The notes below the pieces were generated by a model. The model was given only the letters and a program-made list of their open reading frames with translations, was not told the DNA's origin and searched no databases. Positions 36,039 to 50,245 of a DNA stretch of 64,000 nt are shown piece by piece; position 1 is the first letter of the stretch, and every line of letters begins with the position of its first letter. Position numbers and translations under genes: made by a program. This DNA comes from Adineta vaga (lineage: Eukaryota > Animalia > Rotifera): contig CP075495.1 in assembly GCA_021613535.1 (NCBI GenBank), forward strand, positions 13,144,001 through 13,208,000, written 5' to 3'.

Positions 36039-39000
36039 ATGGATTATCGAACTCTTGTTTCTGAAGAGAACGATACTCCCGAAGGACAAGATCAAACACT
36101 TTCACCATTCATTCAATTTGATACACAAGAAGATGAAACAAATACTGAGAAACGTAGGAAGAATAACGAATTAGTAAAATAAAACCAAAATTTTATTTTG
36201 TATTCTCTCTTCTTTAGAATCACGATGGAGTCATCAAAAAGATCTCGATGATTTCTTTGCACGTGTATATCAATATCATCAACGACATGGCTTTTTTTGT
36301 ATAGTTCTTTCCGAAATATTCGGTCTTGTGTAAGTCATTTACGATGATGTTATTCTTGTGAAAATCAAACATAATTCTCATCTTCTTTTTCATCTAATTA
36401 GACAATTTGTATTTATTGTATCATTTACTCTTCTCATTTTTCAATGTATTGATTATCCACTTTTATTTCGTTCGACTCCAGCTGCAAGAAATATTACAGA
36501 GAAAATACATTTTAATGAAGTCATTCAATCACCTCAACAATGTCTTCATCAGTAAATTGAATTTTAAAGCAAAAGCACTCATTCTAAAAGAAATCTTTTC
36601 TCTTATTTAAGTATGAGTCTATTGACTCGTCTCTGTATATTATTATCAATCATCTATTGGCTTTATCGTCTATCACGTGCTATTTACAATCTTCTTTCCT
36701 ATTTTAATATTCGAGCTTTCTATGCTCAAGCATTAGATATTAAACCAGTTAGTAAAAAAACAACGAATGAAAATAAGTTTGATTTCCTATTTTATTTTTT
36801 ATTTCACCTAGAATGATCTATTAAATATGACTTGGCATGAAGTTCAACAACGATTACTAATTGCTCAACGGACACATCATTTATGTATACATAAATCTAA
36901 TTTAACAGAATTAGATATTCACAATCGATTATTACGTTTTAAAAATTATGAAGTTGCTCTAGTTAATAAAGGAATATTACCACCAAGATTACGAATACCA
37001 TTCTTAAGTGATATGTAAGTTATTTGTATTTCGAAACGTTCTTCTTTTTTTGTTACATGAAGACTTCATGTTTAGAATTTTCTTAACAACTGGTTTTAAA
37101 TTTAATCTTCGTTTGATATTATTCTGTAAGTAATTACAATTAGCTATTGTTAATAGAGAAAGAGAGAACGAACTTTATTTAGGGGGACCATATGCACCAT
37201 TTGATCAACGATGGCATTTACGACAAGAATATAAGATCTATAGTCAACGTGAAAAATTATCTAAACAGTAAGTTTGATTTGCAAATGTTTATTTTCATAC
37301 ATGCGAATATGTTTTAGATTATCACAATTTATCTTACTATATGGTCTTGCTAATTTACTTCTATCACCATTTATATTTATCTGGCAAGTTTTAAATCTAT
37401 TCTATGGTTACACCGAAGTATGTTTCTTAAGATATTGAATGTTGATTTTATGAACGATTCTTCTTCTTCTTCTTCTTTATTTCAGCTTGTACGACGTGAA
37501 CCAGGTGTATTAGGTAGTCGTCGATGGAGTAATTATGGTCGGTTTTATTTACGACATTTTAATGAATTAGATCATTCATTGAATCAACGTTTGAACCGTG
37601 GTTATAGACCAGCTATGGGTTATATGAATTCATTCGTTAATTATAGTGTTGTTGAAATGGCTAAGTAAGATGAAAAATGATAGATGTTCATCAAAATATT
37701 TTATCTTTAATTTTAGATTTATAAGTTTTACAACTGGTGCTATCTTAGCTGTTTTAATTTTATTAACAGTCTATGATGAAGATGTTCTTAATGTTGAACA
37801 TATGTTAACCACAATTACTAGTCTTGGTGTTGTTATTGGAGTTTGTCGATCTTTAATACCAGACGAAGTAGAAACAAATCATATGTCATTTTACCAAAAT
37901 ATCTAATCATACTTTGTCTAAATAGCATGCTGTCTTTGATCCTGAACAAATGTTACAACTTGTTCTTGCACAAGTTCATTATCAACCAGATGCATGGAAA
38001 GATCGTGCACACACAGATTATGTTCAAGCGGAATTTGGACAAATGTTTCAATTGAAATATGTATGATAATCACTGGAATCAAACTCCGAATGATTTGTAT
38101 GAAAAATAATGTTTATTTTTGTTTTAGGTCTATTTTCTTGAAGAACTTCTTAGTGCATTTGTTACTCCATTGGTTTTATGTTTTCATTTACCTCGTAAAT
38201 CACTACAAATTATTGATTTCTTAAGAAATTTTACTGTTGACGTACAAGGTGTGGGTGATGTTTGTAGTTTTGCACAGTTAGATGTTGCAAAACATGGAGA
38301 TCTGAAAGTAATTTTTGTTTATCAATATTTCAATTCTGAAATACAAAACAATCTTCTTGTTTATATAGTGGTTTGCGCCGATACGTCCAAAATCAAGCAA
38401 TGAAACTGATGGTGGAATAACAAATGATGGAAAACTTGAATTATCATTAATGCATTTTCATCATACAAATCCAAATTGGCAAATGCCGAAACAATGTGAA
38501 GTTTATTTAGAAAAAATACAAGAACGAGGTAGAAAATTTATTCGTCTAGAAATATATTTTGCTTATTCATTTGATTCATTAGCTTTGGAAAATGTACACG
38601 ACTCATCGATACTTCAACAATCAATGAATGATATGCAAACACTTCAAGGCCAACGAAGTTTTTATAGTGATCCATTATGTAAGTTATTTTCTATTACAAA
38701 ATTCGGATCTTTTAATGAAAACTTTTAGCAACAACATCATTACATAATCGCTCAGTCATATCAAAACCATTGATAAATACGACTCTATATTCTCCATCAC
38801 ATACAACTGTATCCGTTCAACCGAATACGTCAATGATACAAAATAGTTGTCTAAATGGTGGTATTTCAAAAGCTGATTTACCTTATCGAAGTTTAGCACA
38901 TTTCGGTGTACTTTCAAAGTAAAGACTCTTTTATAAATTGATAAAAATTTATCTGTTCCTTTATTGATTTAGACTTCAAACACAAATGTTTGATACGACA

Positions 39001-39232
39001 GATCCTCAATCATTTATGAGTTCTTTAGCACCTCTACAAAGTTTACCTGGTACAGCGCAATTAGATATGAACGTTTCATGTTTATTTATGCATGAAGTAA
39101 GATTATGAATTTTCTTGTTCTATTGAGAAATATTCTTTTCGTTTGATTTAGTTACGTCATAAATATAAATACGGTGAATATGAAGATTTAGAACATATAA
39201 ATGAAGATCAAAATGATGAATCGAAATGTTGA
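36039..39232 (+). CDS. ATG9: Autophagy lipid scramblase ATG9
   Basis: WSHQKDLDDFFARVYQYHQRHGF, TWHEVQQRL, LTELDIHNRLLRFKNY, RREPGVLGSRRWSNYGR, LRHFNEL, IIDFLRNFTVDVQGVGDVCSFA and GKLELSLMHF. Confidence 0.95.
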
Positions 39233-39598
39233 AGAATGACAAAATATGTATTTGTTCCTCTCTTTCCTTGTGTGATGGTGTTGTGTTTTTCTTTTCTTTT
39301 TAAACTTTGTACATCAGTTGTAAATAGCAAAAGCCCAGCAAAATATACGAAGACAATGACCTAAAGTTTCTCAGCTTTTTTTCCTTCCTTTACATTGACA
39401 ATGTTTATGTGTAAAACTCCTTTTGATACTGATGATGCTATTATGTATAGTTTCAACTCTCTCTCTTCTCATAACAAGAAAAGCAATTCACCTGACTCGA
39501 GTGAGACTTCCTATCGCACATATATATATATATTTTTTCTCTTTCATTTTCCTTTTTTTTCATACTTTGAAATATAAATAAGCAAAGGTCAAATGAAA

Positions 39599-41414
39599 TT
39601 ATTGAATAATTTTATCTTGAAGAAGTTTATCAAGTTGTTCATTGGTATAATCAAGTTCAGTTTGTAAAATTGATCGAGTATGTTCACCAAGAACTGGAGG
39701 AGCATGGCGAAGCATTGAAGATTTTTCAATATTTTCGAAATTGACTGATGGACCTGAAAGAATGAAATAATAATAATAAAGTTATCAAAGTGAGAAGAAC
39801 ACTAATCATCGCTGCTTTTTCCATAAACATTATTTTATCAATAAAACTATAATTACCAACAAGACGAATGGATTTTGTTCGATTTGGATTCTTCATTTCA
39901 AGAACTTGTTTGGAATATAGTACCTAAATGAACAACTAATTCATGTCGAAGTCATTCAATTTATGATTAACTAACTTGTTCATTTTCAAAAACACCTTTC
40001 ATATTATTGATAGGTCCAAATGGAACTTTATTTGATTTTTGAAAAAGTTCATTCCATTCAGATAAAGGTTTTTCCAAAAATCTATATACAGAACATCGTT
40101 TTATTCAAATTATCTGCATTGAATAAATCATACTTTTTTGATAAAATAGATATTAATTGTACTCGATTCGTAACACGAAGTTTATTACTTTTGAATAATT
40201 CATTTGTTACAAGTTCGGGCATATTGATAATCTATATCGGTATAGGAAAAGACTGATCATTAAAATTGTGTGGAATGAAATGAGAATAAATTACTGAACA
40301 GAGTTCTTTAAAAAATTGATCATTAGCAGCTGCAACAACGATTCGTTCACCATCTTGACATGTAAATGCTTGATAGGGAACGATAGATGTATGTGCTGTA
40401 CCATGACGTTGTGCTTCCCAGCCAGCATTCAAATAGTTCGCTGCAATATGTGAGAGAAGAGCCAACTGAAAAGAAACGCAAATCCTATGTTTTTCTTTGA
40501 AATGATTTTCTTATTTCAATAAATACTTGTGTTTCCAATAATGAACATTCAATTTTCATTCCTTTTCCACTCTTTTCGCGTTGATATAGTGCAGTAGTTA
40601 TTGCTCCGACACTTGATAAACCAGTAGCCAAATCAATAACTGCAACACCAACTTTCACAGGTTCCTAGGAACTTTGAATTTATATACAAACAACTGTTTA
40701 TAAGCGAACGTAACAAATCATTCTTACTGAACTTCCTGTAATACTCATCATTCCACCTAATGCTTGAACAACTAAATCATAACCTGGTCTTTTCGAATAA
40801 GGACCATGATTTCCATAACCTTCAATAAAATATGGAATAAATCAATTTCTTTCAAGTAAAGAAAAACCTGTTATTGAACAATAAATTAATCGATCATTAA
40901 TCGATTGTAGATCTTTATATTCTAAGCCAAATTTCTTCAGTTGACCTGGTAAATAATTTTCAATTAAAATATCACTTTTCGTCGCAAGCTATAATAATTA
41001 AAAGCCATCTAGCAAGGAATATTTTCTTTAGATAAAACTACTTCACGAATAATTGTCTGACCTTGTTGACTCATATCTATCGCAATACTTCGTTTATTTC
41101 GATTAATACTTAAAAAATATGCACTTTGATCTTCAACATATGGTGGACCCCATGTTCGTGTATCATCACCTTGTCCTTTTCAAATTCAATCAATAGATTT
41201 CAATATAGAATAGATCTATTCTTTCATTACCTGGCTTTTCAACCTTAATCACATCAGCACCATAATCAGCTAGTATCATACTAGCAAACGGACCTTTAAA
41301 TAGATTTTTGAACGACTTATTTTCATTAGAACAGATATGTTCTCTACCTGCTAAAACACGTGTTAAATCAAGGATTTTGACTCCATGTAAAGGAAGTTTA
41401 TTCACAGCTGCCAT
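39599..41414 (-). CDS. SUGCT: Family III (CaiB/BaiF) CoA-transferase, succinyl-CoA:glutarate CoA-transferase-like
   Basis: [77 protein letters not shown] and APPVLGEHT. About ten introns. Confidence 0.9.
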
Positions 41415-41986
41415 CGTTGCGTTGAAATGATTTAACTCGAAAAGTATTGTACCTGTCTTTTACGAATGGTGTATAGAATAGAGCAATCGTCTTTTCGTTT
41501 CAAATAAAAAAGTGTGTCAGTCGTTGTCGGTCGTCGTCATCTTCTTCTTCTTGACATGAAATCAAATTCTTACATATGCAACTATTATCTCTCTATAATC
41601 AAAACAATAGGAATACACACAAAGACTATAGAAACATCTTTTTTACTTCTTCTTCTCATTCAACTTCATATAAACATGAAATGATGAATTTCAATATAAA
41701 ATAACTCAATCTGAAATTCCATTTGAAACTTGCATGTCAATAAATAAAACTCGGATGTATGCTATATTATTTCTGCATCGTACGTGTTCATATCCTGAAA
41801 ATCAAACGAGTTTTTTTATCTATTTATTTTGTTCGTTCTTGCAAAGGGTTCTCTCTCTCTCCCTCTCTTCTTATTTTACGAAGAGAAGAGAAAAACTCGA
41901 TGTGTGTATACAATCGGGCATCGATGGTGTTCTATCAATCATTTTTCTTTTATAAAAATCGACGAAGAGAGAAAGTCAAAGACGCA

Positions 41987-43981
41987 ATGAATTCCTTCTC
42001 GTTTATGTTCATTATTTTTGTTTATCGATTGAAGAAACTTTCAGGGAAAATAATATTTGATCAAATTGACAGCAATCTTGTACGTAACAGAATAATATTT
42101 ACTAAACATTATATTTGATGAATGTCAATATTTAGAAATGGAATTATTTAACAAAATTTTCTTTTCATCCAATTTACGGACATATTCATATAAATTTTCA
42201 TGTAAGACAAACAAAAAAACACAAGAATTTGATGAAATAATAACTCTTTTTTGTTTCTTTAGTCTATTGATAATGTTATGAAATTTTTTGTTTTCAATCA
42301 ACAAGAATGGAAAGAAATAAAAGATGATTTAGAAAAAGTTTGTGAGAAAAAAGAATTCATTCTACAACAAGATATTAATCAAACAAATGTATGGACGTTT
42401 TCATCGACATTTACAACAACAAGTCGAATGTATTTTATTATAAAGAATTGTAATTCAACTTGGAATCGAACGGTGAATATGCAGTGATTACATTTCAAAT
42501 TATTTTATTTCGAAAATTTCGTAGGATTTGTTTATTACATATCAATTGATCTTAACAAATGGAAAGAGTATATTTACAGAACATTTTTCTCATGAAGAAC
42601 GAGGTAGAACAATGTTTGATTCATTTCTTTGAAATCAATTGTTAATTTACTCATAGGATTATTAGAATTATATATTGTCAATACGATTGTGTTAACAATA
42701 ATTTTACTGATTACTACTCGATTGATTTGTAAGTAATCGATTATTGAAATACAATCAAAAACAATTTCGATGTTTTATAGATTTATTAAAAATGAAATCG
42801 TTTTTAATTATGAAATTATATTTACTTGTTATCTTATGTTCATGGTTGAATAGTTTGATTCATTTTATTCATATACTTGTATTTTCAATAACGGGAAATT
42901 CAGATGCATTTATTCTACAATTCTTATTATTTCTTGCACGATTTTTTGCTTTGATTAGTCAAATTTGTTTTCTTCTTGTTTTAATTCTTTGTGCTAAAGG
43001 CTATTGGATTATGAAGGTGAAATTAAGGAAAAGAAGTGTTATAGAAATTCTATTGATAATTCTAATTTGTATTCATGTACAAATTGTTGTTTTAATTCTT
43101 ACGACGATTGTAAGTTAATGAAAATATTGATTGTTTTATTGATTTGTTTTTGTTTTTTTCTGTTTAGTTTGGTGATCGAATATTTACTAATGAAAAGATA
43201 TTTGTTGTATGTGGATATTTACAAGTAGTCTTACATATTTTAATGGGATTTTGGTTTGTGATTTCACTTTTATCGATGAGAAAACATTCGCAAAGGAAAT
43301 TCTATTGTTTTCTCATCTTTTCGATTTGGTAAGAACAAATTGGATGATTTATCTTTTTATTTTTCTTCGATACATAGGTTTGTTCTCAATGCAATTGTTA
43401 GTTTATTGACTATTCTCGATGTTTTGCCCAATCCAGAAATAACGATTCTACGAGCGATTGAGATCTGTAATCAATTTGTCGTATACTGTGTTTTTCTGGT
43501 ATGATTCATTAAAATTTCAATTGAAATCGAAATCGAATTAAAGAAATACTTATTTCTAGTTTATTTTACGAGAAAAATCATTTTTTATACGAACCAAATT
43601 GAATCAGGTAAAACTATAAAGATCTCTATTACTATGTATTTATTTCTCGATAATAAAAGATCAATGTCACTTATATCGATCCAATAGAATCCAAACTTTC
43701 GAATGAAAATAGATCAACTCAAGAACGAATAAATGAAATTAATATATGTGAATTAACAAATTTATGTTCTGTTGATGTAAGATTTCTTTTTATCTTGTTG
43801 TATCAAAGCAATTTATGATGAATATTTATAGAATACACGAACATCAAGATATCAATATGCATTTAAATCTTCGGATCCACTTCCTCGTCTTGAACCCCGT
43901 CGAGATGTAACATTCAATTCAACATCTCAAACTTCGTTATTTCTAGTTCCACGACAAGTCATACCTATAATTCAGATATAA
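41987..43981 (+). CDS. TMEM145/GPR180-family membrane protein (GOLD-like lumenal domain plus 7TM), divergent
   Basis: N-terminal hydrophobic leader, KWNYLTKFSF, and the family signature YQLILTNGKSIFTEHFSHEERGLLE. Then multiple TM segments including LLVLILCAKGYWI. Confidence 0.7.
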
Positions 43982-44090
43982 AAATTCATAATAAATACTG
44001 TTTATCTTCGTTTATTCATCTATTTTGATTTAATAAAATATTATAAAACGAAAGTTCAATATAATGAATGATCAAGTCTGTTTTACAAGA

Positions 44091-46043
44091 TCATTTACGG
44101 CTTTTTCTTGAAGATTTTTCTTTTGTTTCCGGTCTCGGTGGTCTGTCCGCTTTCCTAACGAACGAAAAAAAAATATTCATAAATATAAAATTGAAAATGT
44201 ATCAATCGTTATACTTCGAAGTAGCAGCAGTAGCAGTAGCAGGTATAAAATCAGTGTAGAGTTTATCTGGAATAGCTTTAACCGTTTTTTCGAATGTTTC
44301 TCTAAGAAAACGAAAAAAAAGAGAAACATTTTATGATTAGATAAATAGAATTTCAATCAAATACATACGGTGGTAAAAGCATTGGAGGAGGTAGTTGTTG
44401 AACAACAAGTGCTGGTCGTTTACTTGTTTGATTTGTTGGTTGTTGTGGTTTACTGCGCGATGATTTTTTCGATCTTGATTGACTTCTAGCCTTAGTTAAT
44501 TTTGCGCTTTCTTGAGGTTTAGCATCAATACTTTGATTTAAAGCATCCATATCTTCATAGTCAATAACTTCATTGTATGGATTACCTAAATTAATTGATT
44601 TCTTTGTAATAACAAAAGAAAAGAAAGAATAAATTTTACTTGGATCAGCACTTGCATGAACAGTAAAACGTTTCGGTTGTGCTTTAGGAAATGGAATTTC
44701 ATCTTTGGATTGTTTGACAATTTTAATTGCTTGTTCTAATGTTAAATAACTTGTATCAACTGGTCGATCATCTTCCGTTTTCATTTTCACACTGATTTCA
44801 AATGCTGTTTCAATACATTCAAGCTAGAAGAAAAAAGAAAGACAACTAGTAAAGATTTGAAAACAAATCGAAAAGAAATCTTCCATACTTCTTCTTCAGT
44901 TGCAATTTGAATTTTACTTTTGAAAATCTCTGCTGCATCATCAAAAATTGTATTCATTTTACTTCGAATATCTTCATAACTTTGATATTCTTTTTCGTCA
45001 AATTTATCCTCTTTTTTATTATCAGATTTTGAATTTTCACCATCACGTGGAAGACCATATGTTAAACATCTGAAATATTCATTTATTCAATTAAAATTTT
45101 CAATGGAAAATCTATATTCATACTTCGCACAATGTAATGTAAATTGTGTTAATGGTGAAATATCAATTAATTGTGGTTTATCTCCACCGAATGTAAATGC
45201 TATGACTGATTTTGCTACGCAAAATTTTTCTAATCTAACTTGAGATTTGAAATTAGGTAAATCAACGGGTAAATGTGTTGCTATTTCTATATCAAGTGGA
45301 AATTCATAACGCATCATGATTTCAGGAAATGTAAATGTTCCACTATGATTGTTATATTCCGAATGTAATTCAGTGTCTTCAATTAACGTTGCAAAACGTA
45401 ATGGTACTCCGGGTGGAAGAATAAATTCATGACCAGTCGATGGATCTTGTAAAATAAAAGCATCTTTAGGTTCACTTGCAAGTAAATCACCTTTCTCATT
45501 TTTAATACGCGATTGATATTGTTCACGACGAAGAACATTTAAACGTGCATTTTTACGTACAACAATCTTATCCCATTCATGTGTTGATGAGGCATCTTTC
45601 TTTCGAATATGTGCTGGCGTATCCGTAAGCACTCTAATCGAACGTGGCAAATCGAAACGATACAATTCAAATGTTCCTTGAAAGATCCAACAACGTTTTT
45701 TTAAAGTTGGATTTTTTGAAATTATTCGACATTCACCTTGAAACCAATCGGGTATCAAATATTTTTGTTTCGAACTTTTCGATTTTGATATTGGTGATGC
45801 TATTATTAAATAACGATCGAATAATGTTTGTAAATACATCCATTGATTTTTAATCAAATTGGTATTCCAAGTTTGTTCAATACGGATAATTTGTGGTAAT
45901 TGATAATAATCAACAAAATTATGAAAATAATATTCACCATTTTCCCACTGAAGTTTATTCAATTCTTTTATTAATTTATCTAATTTATCGTTATCATTCG
46001 ATGATAACGTTACTGAATTATTCAATATTGATGGAGACGCCAT
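44091..46043 (-). CDS. CABIT-domain adaptor (GAREM/THEMIS/Serrano-like)
   Basis: Repeated CABIT-type starts YYFHNFVDYYQLPQIIRI and FTFPEIMMRYEFPLDIEI, plus YLIPDWFQG. The low-complexity tail has Tyr motifs (SYLTL, NPYNEVIDYEDM) and PPRP. Confidence 0.62.
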
Positions 46044-46936
46044 TTCCTTTAAAGAAAAAAGAAAGAAAACTCAATCTTGTAGTCAAGCAAAGAAAAGAAA
46101 ACCTCAAATCATAGACTATTAAGCAATCATGCATGGATACTTTTGATTAGTAATACAAGGTAAATCGACGACTCTGATTGAATCGTCTATACATCAATAT
46201 ATATCTTTCTATCTTCCTTTTTTCTCGATGTTAAATCGTTTCGGTTGATAATACACAATAAACATTGAGATGAAGGAGGAGTAAAGCATTGCGCTTCATC
46301 CAGGTTTTGACATGGATCAATAAATATATACATCTGTTATGAGAAAATAATAGACACAAAAGATAATTGTGACACACTGATGAATACGAACAAAAAAACA
46401 ACATATCTCAAGTTTTGAAGTTCAAATTAATACCAATCATCGTTATTAATCACAAAATAATTCGCTATTCTTTACTTAGTGAGATTGTTTCTTTTTTTTT
46501 ATTGAATAAGAATAAGATCAAGTTTTTTCTTTTGTCATTTCTGATCGTAATTTTATATGTTGATGATCATTCAGAATAGGTTTTAATGTTACAGTTACAT
46601 GCGCGCATACATACGTACGTGAGCCAGATATATATATATGTATATTTCTTTGAGAGACGAAAAAAAGAAGAAGAAGAAGAAGAAGGCTCAGATAAATTTG
46701 AAGAAATAAAAAAAATACGCCAGAACAGAACAAAAGATGAAAAAAAGAAGTAGAAGAGAAGAAACAAGGAAGACAATTCTGTTTATGTATATTATTGATG
46801 TTAGTAATCGTCGTCATGGATATCGTATAATAACGAAGAAAATAGAAATGAATATAATCTCACAGATGATATTCGAATAATAATTTAAAAAAAACGAGAA
46901 GAGAAACAGAATCATCAAAACCGATTTTTTGTTTGT

Positions 46937-49900
46937 TTAGGCAACATAGTTGTACATTTTCCTAAAAAGTAGAGAATAGTTAATGAGATATTTCATTTAT
47001 TTATCTTACCTATCATCTGATAACCGTGATAAATAATCTCGTTCAATTAAACTTTCAATTCGTTTTTTAATAAAACCAGGACTAGGCGTAAAACGTGCTT
47101 TCAATTGATGCGTTACCTAAAAAGAACAAAAACGAAATCATATTAAATACGATGTTTTCTTTCGTAAATTATCTTTTACTTCAGCAACTAATTGCGCATG
47201 TGACATTGTTTTTCTTGTTTTCATTGTACGTACAATCGCGGCATCAATTTCATGTTTACGATCATCTTCAACTTTATTTCGAGTTTCTTGTCGTTCAGGA
47301 TCACTTTCTGTTTTAGCTGTAAGAGGATTGATTTTTACACGATAAAGTTTCGATGTAAAGGAATCATTCACAGTAAATTTATCGTTAGGTTGAATATCTT
47401 TTGTTTTCGGTTCTTTTAAGAATATACGTTGACTTGGTTTACCCATTGCTAATGGTAACAATGCACGTTGAAGATCTTTTTCACTGATATCTGTTTCATG
47501 ATGCATTTCCTAGAAGAAGAAGATGAAAAGATACAAATAAGGTGAAAAATTTCTATTCAATCAATTTACTTCATATGTCCAAGATTCTTTTGTGTTATAT
47601 AACATTAAAATAACCATCTGATATGTTGAAACTTGTAATGTATGTTTTCGTTCTTTTAGTACTGTTGTTGTTGTTGGACGAAATTCTCCATCAGCATCAT
47701 CCTCTTTTGGTTTACCATAAAAAATTGATATTAAATCAGCTGAACCTAAACTTGGTTGTAATGTTAATTGTCGTCCACTATGTTTATTTAAATAGAAACG
47801 ATGAAAACATTGATAGGCTTCACGAACAACTGCTGGTAAATTGCATTGATTATTGTTACTTTGTGTTGGCCAAAAGCCTGTTGTTAATACACGTACAAAT
47901 AAATCAATACCATTTAAATTCAACTGTAAAGAAGAAGAACAAGAATAGATTGAGGAGAAGAAGAAGAAGAAGGACTTGACTTACTCGTTTTTGTGTTACA
48001 TGTGAACGGAAATCATCTGCTGTGGAATTTGATAAGGTTATATCTTTGAACATTCCTTCTAATTTACAAGTGAACTGACAACCACATTCAGTTTTTAATC
48101 TTGATATCATATTCTTTTCTGCATCATCTGATGCGGATTTATTCAATAGTAATCGTTTTGCTAAATGTTGTTTATAGTATCGTTCAAAAACATCTTTTTC
48201 TTCTAAATATCGAAATAACATCATTGCTTTATCCAGAACAACTTCCACTTCTTGATCGCCAAGCTATTTTATTTAAAAAAGAACAAAATCAATGAATAAT
48301 TTGATTTTCATCTATTGTGATATATTCACTTACCTCTTTACCACCTTTTTTCAATTTATCGTCAATAAATAAGGATAAATATTCTGGACTACGTTGATTT
48401 AAATTGATAAAATATTCAAAATCAGAATTAATACGTTTTTTAAATGCCTATATAAATCGAAAGAAGAACATTTAATTTCGAGAAAATTTCCTTTTACTAT
48501 CAAACCTTATCTTCATTGAATGCATGTTTAAGAAAATAATCAAATGTATCTTTTAAATCAAGTAAACTCTAAATAATAGAAAAAGGATTTTATTAAGAAA
48601 ATAAAGCAAATCATTTGTTTACTTGAATATAAGTTATTGCATTTTTTCCTTCATCTGCATTTTCTGTCACAAGTGCTCGTCCTTGTTCACGTAAATAACT
48701 ACTCATACAATCTGCTATTGTTAAATGACCATTGGGTACACGTTCGAAAAGTTTATACATTGTAGCAAGATCTTCACATTTATTGAATTTAAGCATCGAA
48801 TAAACACCTGAATTTTCCATTTCAACAATTGTTTTCAAATGTTTGGTTATTAATTCATCTTCTAAAACTCGAATGATTCGTTCTTCAGTTGATTTATCGA
48901 GATAATGAACGGCTCGTTCAGCTTCTTCAGCTATACGTGCAGCTACTTTATGGATATATACAGAGGCACTATTTTCTGCTAATAGTTTTTGACTTTCAAG
49001 CTAAAAAGATACGGAGATTAGTTCGAAAGAGAAGTTCTCTTCGCAAAAAAAAACATACGCGATAAAATTCAGCAGATTGGGATAAAAATGGTGTTTCAAA
49101 ATCGTCAGCATAAATTGAGCGACTATCAATACCTAAACTCATCAACATCTGACACGCATTTTTCACTGCACTCCTAAAAAGCAAAAGGAATTTATAATTA
49201 CATATCGACTATTTGATGTTCAAATTCTTACTTTTCAATGATTTCTCCACGTCGTTCTTTGGCTACCATATCTAATAATGTTTGTCTCAAATGATCACGA
49301 ATAGCTGCAAATCGAACAACATTATCACGAAATAAAATAACACCCATATTATAAACTGGTTCAAGCTTTTGTCCACTAACATAAACCCGATCCATATACA
49401 TAAGTATATCGCGTATCATAATCATTGCTGTTCGATGATCATTCCATGCTGAATTTAGTGTTCCTAAGAAATTATTATTTAATGAATCATTAACATCTTG
49501 TCTGACCTAAAAATGATAAATATTTAATTTCATATTTGACATAAAGAAATTCTTCTTACTTTTTTTACAAGATGTTCTATAACAACTTCACGTGTTCCTG
49601 TATAAAGTTTTTCTCCATGTTTATGTAAGACCATTGTATATGCATTTCGATAAAGTTCTTCAAAACTTAAACCACTGTTATTTTTCTTTTGAATTTCTTG
49701 AATTGCCGCTTTCAATGATGTTGTCCATATATCATTGACATGGCGATCGTCCATAGTCGTCTAGGAAAATATCGACTGATCTTTATTTATTCAAAGACAT
49801 CTATGCATCTGTGGCAAAATCTTTTCTATACTTACACGTGGTGCTGCAAAAACTACTAGATTTTCTGGAGGAACTCTGAATCGAGCAACAGGAGGATTAA

Positions 49901-50245
49901 CTCTTGGCATAGAAAATTGATTCGTATGAGAAGATGATGATCTGTGATTTTGGATGTTCATGTCTATACTCTAGAGTAACTTAATTTTTCGAGTAGAATA
50001 CAAACATAATGTTGACTTGACAAAATAAAAAATGCTATCGTCATCATCATGAAGAAAAGAAAGAAAAAAAAAAGGGAAAGAGAAAAGAAAAATCCATAAC
50101 AAAAACAAAGGACTATAGCCAAGGAAGTACATTTCATTAGGAAAAAAATTGTTTGAGAAGGGATATTTCGAAATATACTTACAAAAAATTGACGAATACG
50201 CATCTTTTTATTTTTATCATCCACGTTGGTTGATGTTTTACTCAT
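46937..50245 (-). CDS. CUL3: Cullin-3
   Basis: [80 protein letters not shown], the neddylation motif [13 protein letters not shown] and [10 protein letters not shown]. Confidence 0.96.

Noticed and set aside
39599-41414. CaiB/BaiF CoA-transferase as a bacterial horizontal transfer
   Set aside because: The family has a normal metazoan member (SUGCT) and the gene is intron-rich. Nothing in the sequence requires transfer.
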